From NCBI GenBank assembly GCA_964016885.1, contig OZ024758.1, forward strand, positions 17,360,001-17,424,000: DNA of 64,000 nt. The letters run 5' to 3'. This stretch comes from Eledone cirrhosa. Lineage: Eukaryota. A model generated the notes under the pieces. The model searched no databases and had not been told where the DNA came from. It saw only the letters and a program-made list of their open reading frames with translations. A program made the position numbers and the translations under genes. This document shows positions 15,352 through 30,049 of the stretch, piece by piece (the first letter of the stretch is position 1; every line of letters begins with the position of its first letter).

Positions 15352-15727
15352 AAGGCAGTGAATTGTCAGAGTCTTTAGAACATCAGATAAAATGCCTTGT
15401 GGTATTTGTTCCGGCTCTCTGTTCTCTGAGTTCAAATCCTGCTGAGGTCAAGTTTGCCTTTCATCTATTCGAGGTCGATAAAAAAAGTACCAGTCTACTA
15501 CTGGGGTTCATTCTTCCTCTATATCTCTTTCTCACTAGCATTATTGGTGAATTGGCAGTATCGGTAGAGGGTTGGACGCCATGCTTTCTAGCATAATTAC
15601 ATCCCTTTACAGTTCAAATCCCACCGAGGTTAACTTTGTCTTTCATCCTTACGGGGGTCGATAAAATAAAGTACCAGTAATGCACTGGGTAATTGCTGGC
15701 CTTGTGCCTAAAGTAGAAACAATTATT
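15352..15727 (+). mobile_element. Two SINE family A-related copies (one older and diverged, one typical)
   Basis: gagttcaaatcc B box, tttgcctttcatc, aaagtaccag, ccttgtgcctaaagtagaaac. Confidence 0.82.
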
Positions 15728-16267
15728 TATAGACATTGAAATATAGTGTAGTGACTATATGAAGGCTACTTCATTGATTCATTTACATAATTACTTTCTT
15801 TTCATGCCAAAATTAGCCTTAACTTTAATATATTAAAAAGAAATTTGTCAATTGACTTTCGTCAAATTGGCCCGAGGAAACAATGTTTCTGTTGGTCTTT
15901 CCAATTGCTAACCTAATAGAATTTTGATGTGCCGTTGTATCAAATGGCGTGGTTTTATTATTTTAAACATGGTGTTACCCAAACATCTTCAGGTTTGATC
16001 ATAACTGAGCTGATTTCCTCTTTCTCTCTATCTATATATTAGAATGCTGTTGAAGTGAGTACACATTTTTGGGACACCCTGTATATATAAATAAATAAAT
16101 AAATAAAAATATATATATATATCGACAGTCGATCCACTTTCATCAAATCGGACTGAGAAGACAACGTTCCGTATTTACTCGTTGTTAACCCAACAATTTA
16201 AATAAAACTTTGCATATATATATATATATATAATATAAGATCAAAAGATGATTAAAAGAGTTCCAAG

Positions 16268-16338
16268 TATTTTATTATAAGCATTTCAATAACAAATATC
16301 ATCCTGGGATTATATCTGCGTTTTCATCAGATAAAATA
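16268..16338 (-). ncRNA. Type I hammerhead motif, family H1, in the Penelope 3' pLTR
   Basis: uauuuuau CUGAUGA aaacgcagauauaauc-ccag-gaugauauuuguuauu GAAA ugcuua UA auaaaaua; perfect 8-bp stem I, mutated stem-III palindrome. Confidence 0.75.
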
Positions 16339-17496
16339 GGGATACATGATATGAAGCTTAAAAAACACTTGTGAATAGTGAAGTTTTAAATCAACATATG
16401 AAAAATAATTTAAGATTGATGTATGAGATTGGGAAAAAGTGAGTAGGGGTTGGAAAAGGTAAGGAAGAGGAGGAGATGAGAGTAAAGAATGGTGGGGGAG
16501 GAGTATAAGAAGGAAGGATGATAGAGAAGGAGAGATGGGTGATAGAGAGAGAGAGAGATATAGCCTTTACAACTGAGAAAAAAATATATATTGTCTCACA
16601 GAGAGAAGTTAAAAAGCGGTTGGAAGATAATAGATAATTTAAAAGAATTTGAAATTAAAAGTTAATGAGGTTTATGCATGAAGAGAAAAAAAGGGATTAA
16701 GAATAATATTAAATTAAGGTTTGTATATTGAAGGGTTTAATAATATGTGCGAGGAAGAGAAATTATTAATATGTATTATTAAAATAAAAATATTAATGTT
16801 ATTAAGGATATAATGTGAAAAGTAAAAGAATGAATGAGTTGTGAATTTAGAGGAATTAGTTAGTGTTTAAGTTTGTTTTTATGTAATGTAATATGTGTGC
16901 GTAATATATGTACGTAAATAGTTTGTTTAAAAATGAGCGCAGAAAGCAAAGAAGAAAAGAATGTTTAAGGAAGAAAAATATCTCACATCAAAAAAATATA
17001 TATGTTTACGAAATATTTTCTAATGGTAATAATATAATATATTAAAGGAATTAGTTAGGGTTTAAGTTTGTTTTTATGTATTGTAATATGTAAAAGTCAA
17101 ACGAGCACGAAAGGAAGAAATAAGGAATTTAAGGAAGAAAAATCTAACGTAAAAATATGTTTATGTTTACGAAGGACTATTAAAGGTAATACTATAATGT
17201 ATTTAAAAAATAATAATTTTTATGCCTAATGATATGAAGAAAGATGGAAGAATGGATAATGTTGTGGTGAGTAATAATAAGAATTGAGAAGAAGTTAGGA
17301 AGAAAAAGTTCAGATTAGAGGTTAGAAATTAGAAAGAAAAGAGGAAAAAAGGAAAGTGATAAAGAGGAATCATATAGAATGAGTAACTTGTATTATATAA
17401 TATATAATAAATAATATTGAAATAAGGTAGAAAGTTGGGTATATTTTTAAAAGATATATAATCCTTTGAGAAAAAGGATTTTAAACTAGTAAGGTA

Positions 17497-18755
17497 TTAG
17501 ATATTAGCTGTATACTTTATGGAATGTTTATGCAAGCAGAGAGAAAATAAATCAGTGCGTCTATTTATTATAGAATTGAGATTAGATATAATGGTAAATT
17601 TTTCAGATAGGCAAAGATTACATGTTCTGGATAGGGAGGCATTCAAGTAGGGAAAGGCAGAACAAACCTTTCTCCAAGAGATGTTATAGTTAATATTTTT
17701 GTCTTTCAAGGACCATTTGAGTTCTGAGAGTGCTGTGTTAGTTCTTTTAAGTTGGTATCTAAAAGATGAATTGTGATTATAAAATCTAGCTTTGAAAGAG
17801 GTGGAAGTGGAACCGAAATAGATAAAGGAATTGATATCAGTTGTAACCTTACATTCATAGACTAAGTTTTTATCAAGACAATGGTTATTGAGAGGACATT
17901 TAGTTCTAACAGGGCAATTACAATTGCGATTAGAGAGATTAACAGAGTTATTAACAAGTGACCTAGTGTTATTTATAGGAGGAATTGGATTGGAGAAGTT
18001 ATTTACGATAGGAATAATAGTTTCCTGATTTAGATTGGTATTATGAATATTCAACAAAGTTACGTTTGACGTCGTATTTGAGTTTGCAGAATCTAGCCTA
18101 GAGTTAACAACGACGTCGGGAGTACTACTACTATTATTATGACGCTCAGTGTTGGAAGGATGTGATTTAATATTTAATATTTTATTGTTGTGTTTAGAGA
18201 TAATGTTAGAGATGTTGGAGGAGGTCGAACAGGAATATTTTATTGTATGTTTGTTAAAGATTTTACTATAGATATGTGAGGGGGGGGGGGGAAGCATTTA
18301 TCTAAGGCCCTATAGAATAGTTTAGGAATATTATTATTAATAGAAATAGAGAAGGGAGCATTAAACCAGATTATATTTTTGTATCTAGGTCTTTTATTTA
18401 AGTTATTGGAATGATCATAATTAATTATTTTACTGTAAGACCTTCTAGGATTGGTTTCTTTACTGTATTTAATTTTATCAGGATAACCGGCTTTAGAAAG
18501 CGCATTATTATAGTAATTGGCGTTAGCATCAAAGATATTTTTTATTAGAGGATAGGTTTGATATTCTTTTTCCAATATTACTGACCTATAGCATTTTTAA
18601 TGTTAGTAGGGTGGTTAGATTTAAAATTAACATAATTTAGATTCTCATTGTTTTTATGGTAAGGGTAATATAGGCCAGTGTCAAGTTTAAGGGATACTTC
18701 CAAAAAGTTAGCTAGTTTGACGATTTTAAGGTTATGTTGCTTAAAGAGATCACGT
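17497..18755 (-). pseudogene. Penelope-like polyprotein, truncated and frameshifted: RT thumb region + Cys-rich linker + GIY-YIG endonuclease
   Basis: NFLEVSLKLDTGLYYPYHK..Y..SNHP (~18720-18605); YYNNALSKAGY...NIIWFNAPFS (18575-18300); CNCPVRTKCPLNNHCLDKNLVYEC...YFGST..FKARFYNH...CNLCLSEK..IINRRTDL..CLH (to 17497); frameshifts near 18580 and at the poly-G 18279-18291. Confidence 0.92.
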
Positions 18756-18842
18756 ATTATTTATACTCCAGTCCTACAAACTGTAGAGTGGTACTTATCC
18801 GATATTTGCATTGCTTTGTGCTACAATAAAACTCACCTCCTA

Positions 18843-20675
<1,833 letters not shown>

Positions 20676-21466
20676 TAGGGAAACTCTCGTGGCATCTAAC
20701 AACATCAGAGACTTGGGAGTAACCGTGGACAGCAACATAAGCTGGACCACGCATATAAGCAGCAAAGTTGACATGGCCCGCAGAATGTGTTCCTGGATCC
20801 TCAGAACCTTCCAGTCGAGAGATTCCCGCACCATTATCCTTCTCTTCTCTACTTTCGCCCGACCACACCTTGAATACTGTTGTCCACTGTGGTCTCCCCA
20901 CACGAAACAAAGTATCATGAAACTTGAAGCTCCTCAAAGGGCAATCACGAAAAAGATAGATGGCATGTCAGACCTTGACTACTGGGGTCGATTGGAAAAC
21001 CTGAAACTTTACTCACTCCAACGTCGCCGTGAGCGTTATATTATCTGCATGATGTGGAAAATGTTCCATCATCACTGCCCAAATGATGTTGGCATCGCCT
21101 TCAAGATACACCCAAGGCTTGGGCCCCGTGCTATCCGTCCCATTCAAAAATCTAAATCGCAACTCATAACAACAATACGGCACAATTATTTCACCTCAAT
21201 CGGCCCTGCTCTCTTCAACATCACACCAGGACACGTCAAAACAGAAACTGACCACACAAAATTCAAGAAGTCTTTGGACAAATTCCTCCAAGTAATCCCG
21301 GACAAACCACCCACACCCGGATATGTCTCCGCAAACAGTAATTCTCTTCTCGAATGGGCCATGGTGCCCAAATCCTGAATTGAAAGACTTCGCCAGGTGG
21401 TGCTATTAAGTTAGACATGGCCTGGGCCAATACTGGCCAAAACATTTCAAAGTTATTCAAAGTTAT
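20676..21466 (+). mobile_element. CR1-group LINE, 5'-truncated; ORF2 C-terminus open to the stop at 21378, short 3' UTR
   Basis: [17 protein letters not shown]...[14 protein letters not shown]...[37 protein letters not shown]; ends in tandem ttcaaagtta x2, then (TA)n. Confidence 0.93.
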
Positions 21467-21520
21467 ATATATACATATGTATATATATATATACATATAT
21501 ATATACATATATATATATAC

Positions 21521-21769
<249 letters not shown>

Positions 21770-21782
21770 CATATATATATAC

Positions 21783-21815
<33 letters not shown>

Positions 21816-22164
21816 CACGTATACATGTATACACATGTACATGTGCATATATATATATATACATGTGTATATATATATATGTATATGTATATATATATAT
21901 ATGGAATAGAATTAAATGAAATTTCATTTCTCACTCTTAGTACGGCTGATACCTAAATATGAGTATGTGTACGTACATACATATATGTGTACAGACGTAC
22001 AATAATATGTATATATATACATACATGCACACATATATATATGTACGTATGGGTTTACCGAACACTTATTATAATGTTCGGTTTGTTTGTAAACAAACAG
22101 CCCGAATTACGCCGTACAGTGCTCAGCAACCATCGTCGCCCTTTTGTTCAATACTGACATAGGA

Positions 22165-22207
22165 ACGATGTACTAGTTTCAAGCTTATTAGCTATCGTCA
22201 GCATCGT
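22165..22207 (-). ncRNA. Minimal type I hammerhead ribozyme, family H3
   Basis: acgaug CUGACGA uagcu-aaua-agcuu GAAA cuag UA caucgu. Confidence 0.85.
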
Positions 22208-22646
22208 ATACCTTTCTGTTAAATGATTGAACCTTTGAAAGTATATACTTTCCTTATGCATATTAATTTGCAGCCTAATTTGCATATTGAGTGAGTCAGT
22301 CGGCCGGGCGTACCGAAAACGATAAATGGAAAAGAATGAAACGAAATTTCATTTCTCACTCTTAGTACGGCTGATACCTAAATATAAGTATGTATCCGTA
22401 CATACATATATGCGTACAAACGTACAGTAGTATATATATATATACATACATGCATATATATGTGTACGTATGGGTTTACCGAACATTTATTATAATGTTC
22501 GGTTTGTTTGTAAACAAACAGCCCGAATTACGTTTTCGGTACTCTAGGCCAACTAACTCACTCGATATACAAATTAGGCTGCTCTGCCGTTAATATGCAT
22601 AAAGAAAGTATATACTGTCAAATGTCCAATCATCTAACAGAAAGGT

Positions 22647-22689
22647 ACGATGCTGACGATAGCTAATAAGCTTGAAACTAGTACATCGT
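22647..22689 (+). ncRNA. Minimal type I hammerhead ribozyme, family H3
   Basis: acgaug CUGACGA uagcu-aaua-agcuu GAAA cuag UA caucgu; 6-bp stem I, palindromic ACUAGU stem III, GUA cleavage triplet. Confidence 0.87.
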
Positions 22690-22844
22690 TCCTGTGTTAG
22701 TGTTGAACAAAAGGGCTATGATGGTTGCCGACCACTGTACGGCGTAATTCGGGCTGTTTGTTTACAAACAAACCAAACATTATAATAAATGTTCGGTAAA
22801 CCCATACGTACATATATATATATGTGCGCATGTATGTATGTATA

Positions 22845-23983
<1,139 letters not shown>

Positions 23984-24321
23984 TCAGACCGGGATTTTCT
24001 TTAGACAGAATTCTTCAGCTGGATGTACTTCTTCATACCAACACATATGTATACTTTTTAGTACTGTCAATATGAATACATATGCATAGACAAATACACT
24101 GGAGACCCACATGCACACATATGTACACAAACATATATATAAATATGAATGTATGTATAGTATATTTGGCAATATACCGTATGTTTATTTAAAAATATTT
24201 TTCAATTGAAAATATGTACTGGGTAATTGCTGGCCTTGTGCCAACTGTAGAAACAATTATTATAGAAGGAATGGTATGTTTTCTCAAATGCTCTTTGCTA
24301 ACATGAAAATCATTATAGATT

Positions 24322-24479
24322 GTGGATTGGCAGTATCGGTAGAGGGTCGGACGCCATGCTTTCCACCATAGTTACGTCCCTATACGATCTGAGTTCAAAT
24401 CCCGCCAAGGTTGACTTTGCCTTTCATCCTTACGGGGTCGATAAAATATAGTACTTTGTGCCTAAAGTAGAAACAATTA
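24322..24479 (+). mobile_element. SINE family A
   Basis: Consensus match with a short internal deletion. Confidence 0.88.
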
Positions 24480-25229
24480 TAGATTTATATTAATTTGCAA
24501 AGAGAAATAAACCATTAGAAATGAAAACCTTCAAACATTAACTCCTTCAGTGCCATAGATGAGATAACTCCTTCTAACATGTATGCATTCCAGAGTCAGA
24601 GACAAGATAACTTGTCCTAACATGTTTGAATTCTTTTCCAACAGTTCATAATTTTAAAGCTTGATGGGGTTACTAGTTTATTAATGTGAAATTTGTCAAT
24701 CAAAATAGCAATTTTACTGGAAAATAAACACTGGCACAGCATCTGTAGCTGTGTAAAATATACACAGCAGTTAACCTTGTGCTTAAATCAGAAACCGTTA
24801 TTAGAAGCAATAGTACTTTTCTCAAATGATCCTTGCTAAAATGAAAATCTGTAAAGATTTATATTATTTTGCAAATAGAAATAGACCATGAGACCATTAG
24901 GAATCAACACCTCCAAATTTTAAGGATTCTATCCATTCAGTCGATTAGATAGATTACATTATTGAAGTTCTTGTGTTATTAATCTTTAAACATCTTAGGT
25001 AGTCTCACAAATGCAGCATTTTATTATACTGTTACTCAGCAAAATATCTTTAATAATGAGTTTACAGTAAATCTTTTGCATTTTTTATGACTTCCTTTAA
25101 AGTGTGTTTAAAATCTGTTCATATCATATGGAGACTTTTCTGTTTGTTGTTGCTGTTAGTTATGCTAAAGGATATGTTATAGGACGCCTTCATTTCCACT
25201 TTTCATATAAGATGGTGATTTAAATACGA

Positions 25230-25459
25230 CAACCCTTTAGCATTGATATTACTCTATACATACTATTATAATATTCATGGTAAACACTTTACCTCGCATA
25301 GTTATCTCACATAATATCGAATCTATGAGATTTTGATATTATTTATTTTGAGAACAATACCTTAACATCAGTATGAGTGGACAGTTATGGCTGGTTTGAA
25401 CAGAAATAAGTGAAAAGAATTCTAGCCAGATATGGCCGGTTTAAATGCTAAAGGATTAA
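25230..25459 (-). mobile_element. piggyBac-type MITE, family 1
   Basis: aaccctttagcatt...aatgctaaaggattaa; body homologous to 2505-2744 in reverse. Confidence 0.8.
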
Positions 25460-25850
25460 GGCTGGAAATTTTCCAATTCTTTCATTGAGTATTATAAAAA
25501 ATTGAGAATATTTGCTTAACATATTTGAATGCATCATCTCAATATGTTTTTTTTTTTATATTCAAAGGCTTCATTCCATTATTTCCAAATTTCTTTTCAC
25601 ATAACAGTTTTATATGAACAAGACATGATCATCAGATCTGGCATGTCTCATAACAAGGCAACTCATCTAACACATGCTAGCAAGGAAAAATTGACATCAA
25701 ATGGTGATGATGATGATGATGATGATAACAATCACATAAGTACTGTCTTATTAGTAATTGAAGGAATGAAACCAAAATTCAAATTTAAGTATACTTATAA
25801 TGCATTTAGAGCTTGTATTGGTGTCAAATACAAATTACCAATGGTAAAAC

Positions 25851-26278
25851 TTAACCCTTTCATGACTGCATTTCTAATGGAATACACTCTATTTTAATTA
25901 TTAATGAAGAATTTTGAAGGATTTTCTAAAAGTTTGGATTATTTCATTACTAAGTAACTTAACCCTTTACCATTTACATTACTCTATATTTACTATTACA
26001 TTTTCATGGTAAAGGCTTTATCTCACATAATATCAAATCTATGAGATTTTGATATTATTTTGAGAACAATACCTTAATATCAGTATGAGTGGCCGGTTAC
26101 AGCGAGTTTGAACAGAAAGATGTGAGAGAATTCTGGCCGGATACGGCTGGTTTAAATGCTAAAGGGTTAATATAATGTTTTTATATAAAATTATGTTAGA
26201 AGTTTTTAATTTGAATCAGAAACTTTTAAAATGGGTGGATTTATTTCATAGAACCAGAGCTGGTAACTAAAGGGTTAA
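25851..26278. mobile_element. piggyBac-type MITE family 2 with a family 1 MITE (25959-26170) nested inside
   Basis: Outer TTAA-CCCTTT...AAAGGG-TTAA; inner TTAA-CCCTTTACCATT...AATGCTAAAGGG-TTAA. Confidence 0.82.
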
Positions 26279-26751
26279 TTGATGAAGAATCAGTAGTGCA
26301 GGATATAACGATATTCTAGGCTGCATATTAATGTAATAAATAAATAAATAAGTAAGTAAATAAAAAAATAAAAAAATAAACAAACAAATAAATATATATA
26401 TAAAAATAAATAATCCCTCTCGTGCAGCATTGATTTCCCAAATGAAATAGATTTACTTAAATGTTCAATTTCTTAGACAGAAACAGACTGTGCATGCTTC
26501 AAATGCTAAGAAATATTTCATACAGAATTCATTGAGCATGTTCAACTAATTGCAGTCTATTTATCTCTTTAACATTTTTCTATTTAACACACAAAATCTG
26601 CACGAATATGGGGTTATATGTATATATATATGAGTATATATATATGTGTGTGTGTGTCTGTGTGTGTGTGTATATGTGTATGTATGTATAAGTATCATCA
26701 TCATCGTTTTTAAGTCACTTTTTGAGGGTTTTATATATATATATATATATA

Positions 26752-26971
26752 AATGAAGTAATTCCGTCGGAAAAGTCCAGGAAAAAAGGGTGCTCTACGT
26801 AGGCAACAGAGCTTAATAGTTATGTAATAAACAACATAAGGCAAATATTTCATTTACCAGTGGTTTCTTAAAAGCAAAAAAAATTTGCTTTCAATCATCA
26901 GAATGAAAAAATCCTGGAGTACAACGTCAATAAATACTCCAGGATTTTTTCATTCTGATGATTGAAAGCAA
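26752..26971. mobile_element. Hammerhead element, family H4, with fold-back; truncated by a SINE-A fragment (26973-27089)
   Basis: Homologous to 30050-30215; 37-bp inverted repeat, 26885-26921 vs ~26935-26971. Confidence 0.78.
26848..26908 (-). ncRNA. Type I hammerhead ribozyme, family H4
   Basis: uuucauu CUGAUGA uugaaagcaaa-(U loop)-uuugcuuuuaa GAAA ccacugg UA aaugaaa; 7-bp stem I, 11-bp stem II, GUA site. Confidence 0.87.
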
Positions 26972-27224
26972 CATCGACCCCGTAAGGATGAAAGGCAAAG
27001 TTGACCTCGGCGGGATTTGAACTCAGAATGGAAAGGGCCGTAACTCTATGCGTCAAAGCATGGTGTCTGACCCTCTACCGATACTGCCAGAATAATGTAA
27101 ATACTAAAGGGTTAAGGGTGCACATCTCTGTTGAAACCTCAATCACTTACTTATTCAGTTGGTGTTGGGTGTTCAGACGATTGTACAACTGAATGTGCAT
27201 CAATGAAACCAACAGAGAATCCAC

Positions 27225-28189
27225 CAGCATCATCATCAATTTCACCTCCACCACCACCATCAATTTCACCACCACCATCATCAATTTCACCTCCACCACC
27301 ACCACCATCATCATAAATTTCACCACCACCATCACCATCATCATCATCAATTTCACCACCACCACCACCACCATCCTCATCATCAATTTCACCACCACCA
27401 CCATCATCATTATCAATTTCACCACCACCACCATCAATATCACCACCACCACCACCAATTTCACCACCACCACCACCACCATCATTATCAATTTCACCAC
27501 CACCACCATCATCATCCTCATCATCAATTTCACCACCACCACCACCACCACTGTCATTGTCGTCTTCAGTACCAACACAACTACTATTATCATCATCATC
27601 ATCACTGTCACCACCACCACCACCACCACCAGGACAATCATCATCTTCGTCGTTACCGCGGTATTGGTGTTGGTGGTGATGGTAATGAAAATGATGGTGG
27701 TGATGCTGTTGATGGTGGTGATGATGATGATGATGGTTTTGGGGGTGACGGTGATGCTGTTGATGGTGATGATGATGATGGTGGTTTTGGGGGTGACGGT
27801 GATGATGGTGTTGGGGGTGACAGTGATGACGGTGTTGGGGGTGACAGTGATGACGGTGTTGGGGGTGACAGTGATGACGGTGTTGGTGGTGGTGATGACA
27901 GTGATGATGGTGGTGGTGGTGATGGTGATTGTTTAGTGCTGCTACTGATGATGATGATGAAGGTCTTCGTGGTGATGATGATGATGATGATGATGATGGC
28001 GGTGGTGCTGGTGATAATGACAATGGTGTTGGGGGTGACGGTGATGACAGTGATGACGGTGTTGGTGGTGGTGGTGGTGATGATGACAGTGATGATGGTG
28101 GTGATGACAGTGATGATGGTGATTGTTTAGTGCTGCTACTGATGATGATGATAATGATGAAGTTGATGGTCTTCGTGGTGATGATCATA

Positions 28190-28220
<31 letters not shown>

Positions 28221-28270
28221 CGACGGTGGTGGTGGTGATAATGACGATGATGATGATGATGATGATAATA
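27225..28270. repeat. Trinucleotide-derived repeat: (CAC/CAT)-rich with catcaatttc anchors, then (GGT/GAT)-rich
   Basis: Direct reading; strand polarity switches near 27655. Confidence 0.9.
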
Positions 28271-28727
28271 CATCTTTTACCTAACAATATGTAGAAGCCA
28301 TAAATATATAAATATTTTTGTTGTCTTTGAAACATCAAACTAAACAATTTACAATGAATCAAGGAAAATGGTGAATAAACCAAAGTAAAGTAATATTGTT
28401 AACGCAGAAAAAGCCAATATCAAACATCTGATGACAACACAAATTTATTACATAGATAATTTCTGTAAGAATGTCACATAAAATAAAAGGCTTGCTATAG
28501 ATCAGAGTGTCACTTTCTTTTATATATCTGCTTCACTATAAAGCAGGTGTCATAAAAACTTGTGAGATGTCAACACCATTATATTTTCAAATTAATAACA
28601 GTCATTGTTTTTCCTTCTAATGGAATCTTTAGGTAAAATACTCATACATAATTCTGGAATGTACTTAGTATTATTTTTAAAATGTGTCACATATAGTCTG
28701 TATAAGTAGACATAGATGTGTGAGTGT

Positions 28728-29520
28728 GTGATTGGCAGTATCGGTAGAGAGTCGGATGCCATGCTTTCCAGCATAGTTACGTCCCTTTACGATCTGAGTT
28801 CAAATCCTGCCGAGGTTAACTTTGCCTTTCATCCTTACGGGGTCGATAAAATAAAGTACCAGTAATGTACTGGAATAATTGCTGGCCTTGTGCCAAAAGT
28901 AGAAACAATTATTATTAGGGGTCTGACACCATGTTTTGCAGCAAAGAGTTACAGCCCTTTATGGTCTGAGTTCAAATCCCGCCGAGGTTAACTTTGCCTT
29001 TCATCTTTACGGGGTCGATAAAATAAAGTACCAGTAATGTACTGGGTAATTGCTGGCCTTGTGCCTAAAATAGAAACAGTTATTATATATATATATATAT
29101 ATAGTAGGCAGTGTCGGTAGAGGGTCGAACACCATGCTTTGCAGCATAGAGTTACAATCCTTTATGGTCTGAGTTCAAATCCCACCAAGGATAACTATGA
29201 CTTTCATCCTTACGGGGGTCGATAAAATAAAGTACCAGTAATGTACTGAGGTTGATTTAATTGATTTTCCCTTCCCCCCAAATTACTGGCCTTGTGCCAA
29301 TACTAGAAATCATATATATACATATATAGGGCAGTGGATTGGCAGTATCAATAGAGAGACGGACACCATGCTTTGAAGCATAGAGTTACGTCCCTTTACG
29401 ATCTGAGTTCAAATCCCGCAGAGGTTAACTTTGCCTTTCATCCTTACGGGGTCGATAAAATAAAGTACCAGTAATGTACTGGGTATTTGCTGGCCTTGTG
29501 CCTAAAATAGAAACAATAAT
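28728..29520 (+). mobile_element. Four head-to-tail SINE family A copies
   Basis: B boxes gagttcaaatcc near 28796, 28968, 29171 and 29406. Confidence 0.9.
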
Positions 29521-29599
29521 ATACATATATAGAGAGAAAAGTTCACATTTTTGTCTGTGACACAGCTATAAATGGTGACACAGACAGCTAAGGTGGGGT

Positions 29600-29627
29600 G
29601 ACGTTTCGGGCATAAGCCCTTCATCAG
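29600..29627 (-). ncRNA. Hammerhead-like core, family H5 (stem I not found)
   Basis: CUGAUGA a gggc-uuau-gccc GAAA cg UC; lies in a short element with an inverted repeat (29525-29558 vs 29777-29810); degenerate relative at 2993-3020. Confidence 0.5.
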
Positions 29628-30049
29628 GAGAAAAGTGGGTAGGAAGAGAGTTCCAAGAGTGAGTGGGGGAGTGGTGGAAAGACATTTATACATACATACA
29701 TAAATACACACATATATATACATGCATATATATATATTTAATATATATAGAAAGAAGGAGAGAAAGGAAGAAAGCTACAGACAAAAATGTGAACTTTTCT
29801 CTATATATATGTATGTAAAAACATTTTTTTCCCCATATTTTTATTCTTATTATTATACAATTTATCTGCATTATACACTTCCGTCGTGTGAAGAAGGCTA
29901 CAAGCTGACCGGTACAAATAATGTGGAAATTCCTAATTCTAGGAGAAAATCCCTTTTTCATTTTCTACTGTTTTTTTTTCTTTTTTACTATTATATATAT
30001 ATCAACTCATGTGTCACATTTCTACATTCTAAATATGTATATATATATG

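Larger units (their letters stand above)
16233..18842 (-). mobile_element. 5'-truncated Penelope-like retroelement (RT C-terminus + GIY-YIG endonuclease + ~1.2-kb 3' region + hammerhead pLTR)
   Basis: See the pseudogene and hammerhead entries; 3' end runs into (TA)n at 16215-16232; inverted extension at 18757-18842. Confidence 0.92.
21902..22843. mobile_element. Non-coding hammerhead element H3: ~425-bp unit, partial tandem copy and inverted copy (retrozyme/Penelope pLTR-like)
   Basis: 21902-22111 repeats at 22327-22532; 22531-22843 is the reverse complement of ~22015-22321; one hammerhead per unit. Confidence 0.82.

Noticed and set aside
16060-16086. Tc1/mariner-like terminus (ttttgggacaccctgta; similar at 30643)
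   Set aside because: Only one short end is visible and no partner TIR or transposase was found.
27151-28383. 410-aa His/Gly/Asp-rich ORF resembling a structural protein
   Set aside because: Trinucleotide repeats are open in multiple frames and on both strands, with no non-repetitive domain; kept only as a possible micro-exon at its edge.
29886-29916. Hammerhead-like gtgaagaaggctacaagctgaccggta
   Set aside because: Needs several changes (C3, two As of GAAA) and has no stem I; too degenerate to call, though it may be a relic.
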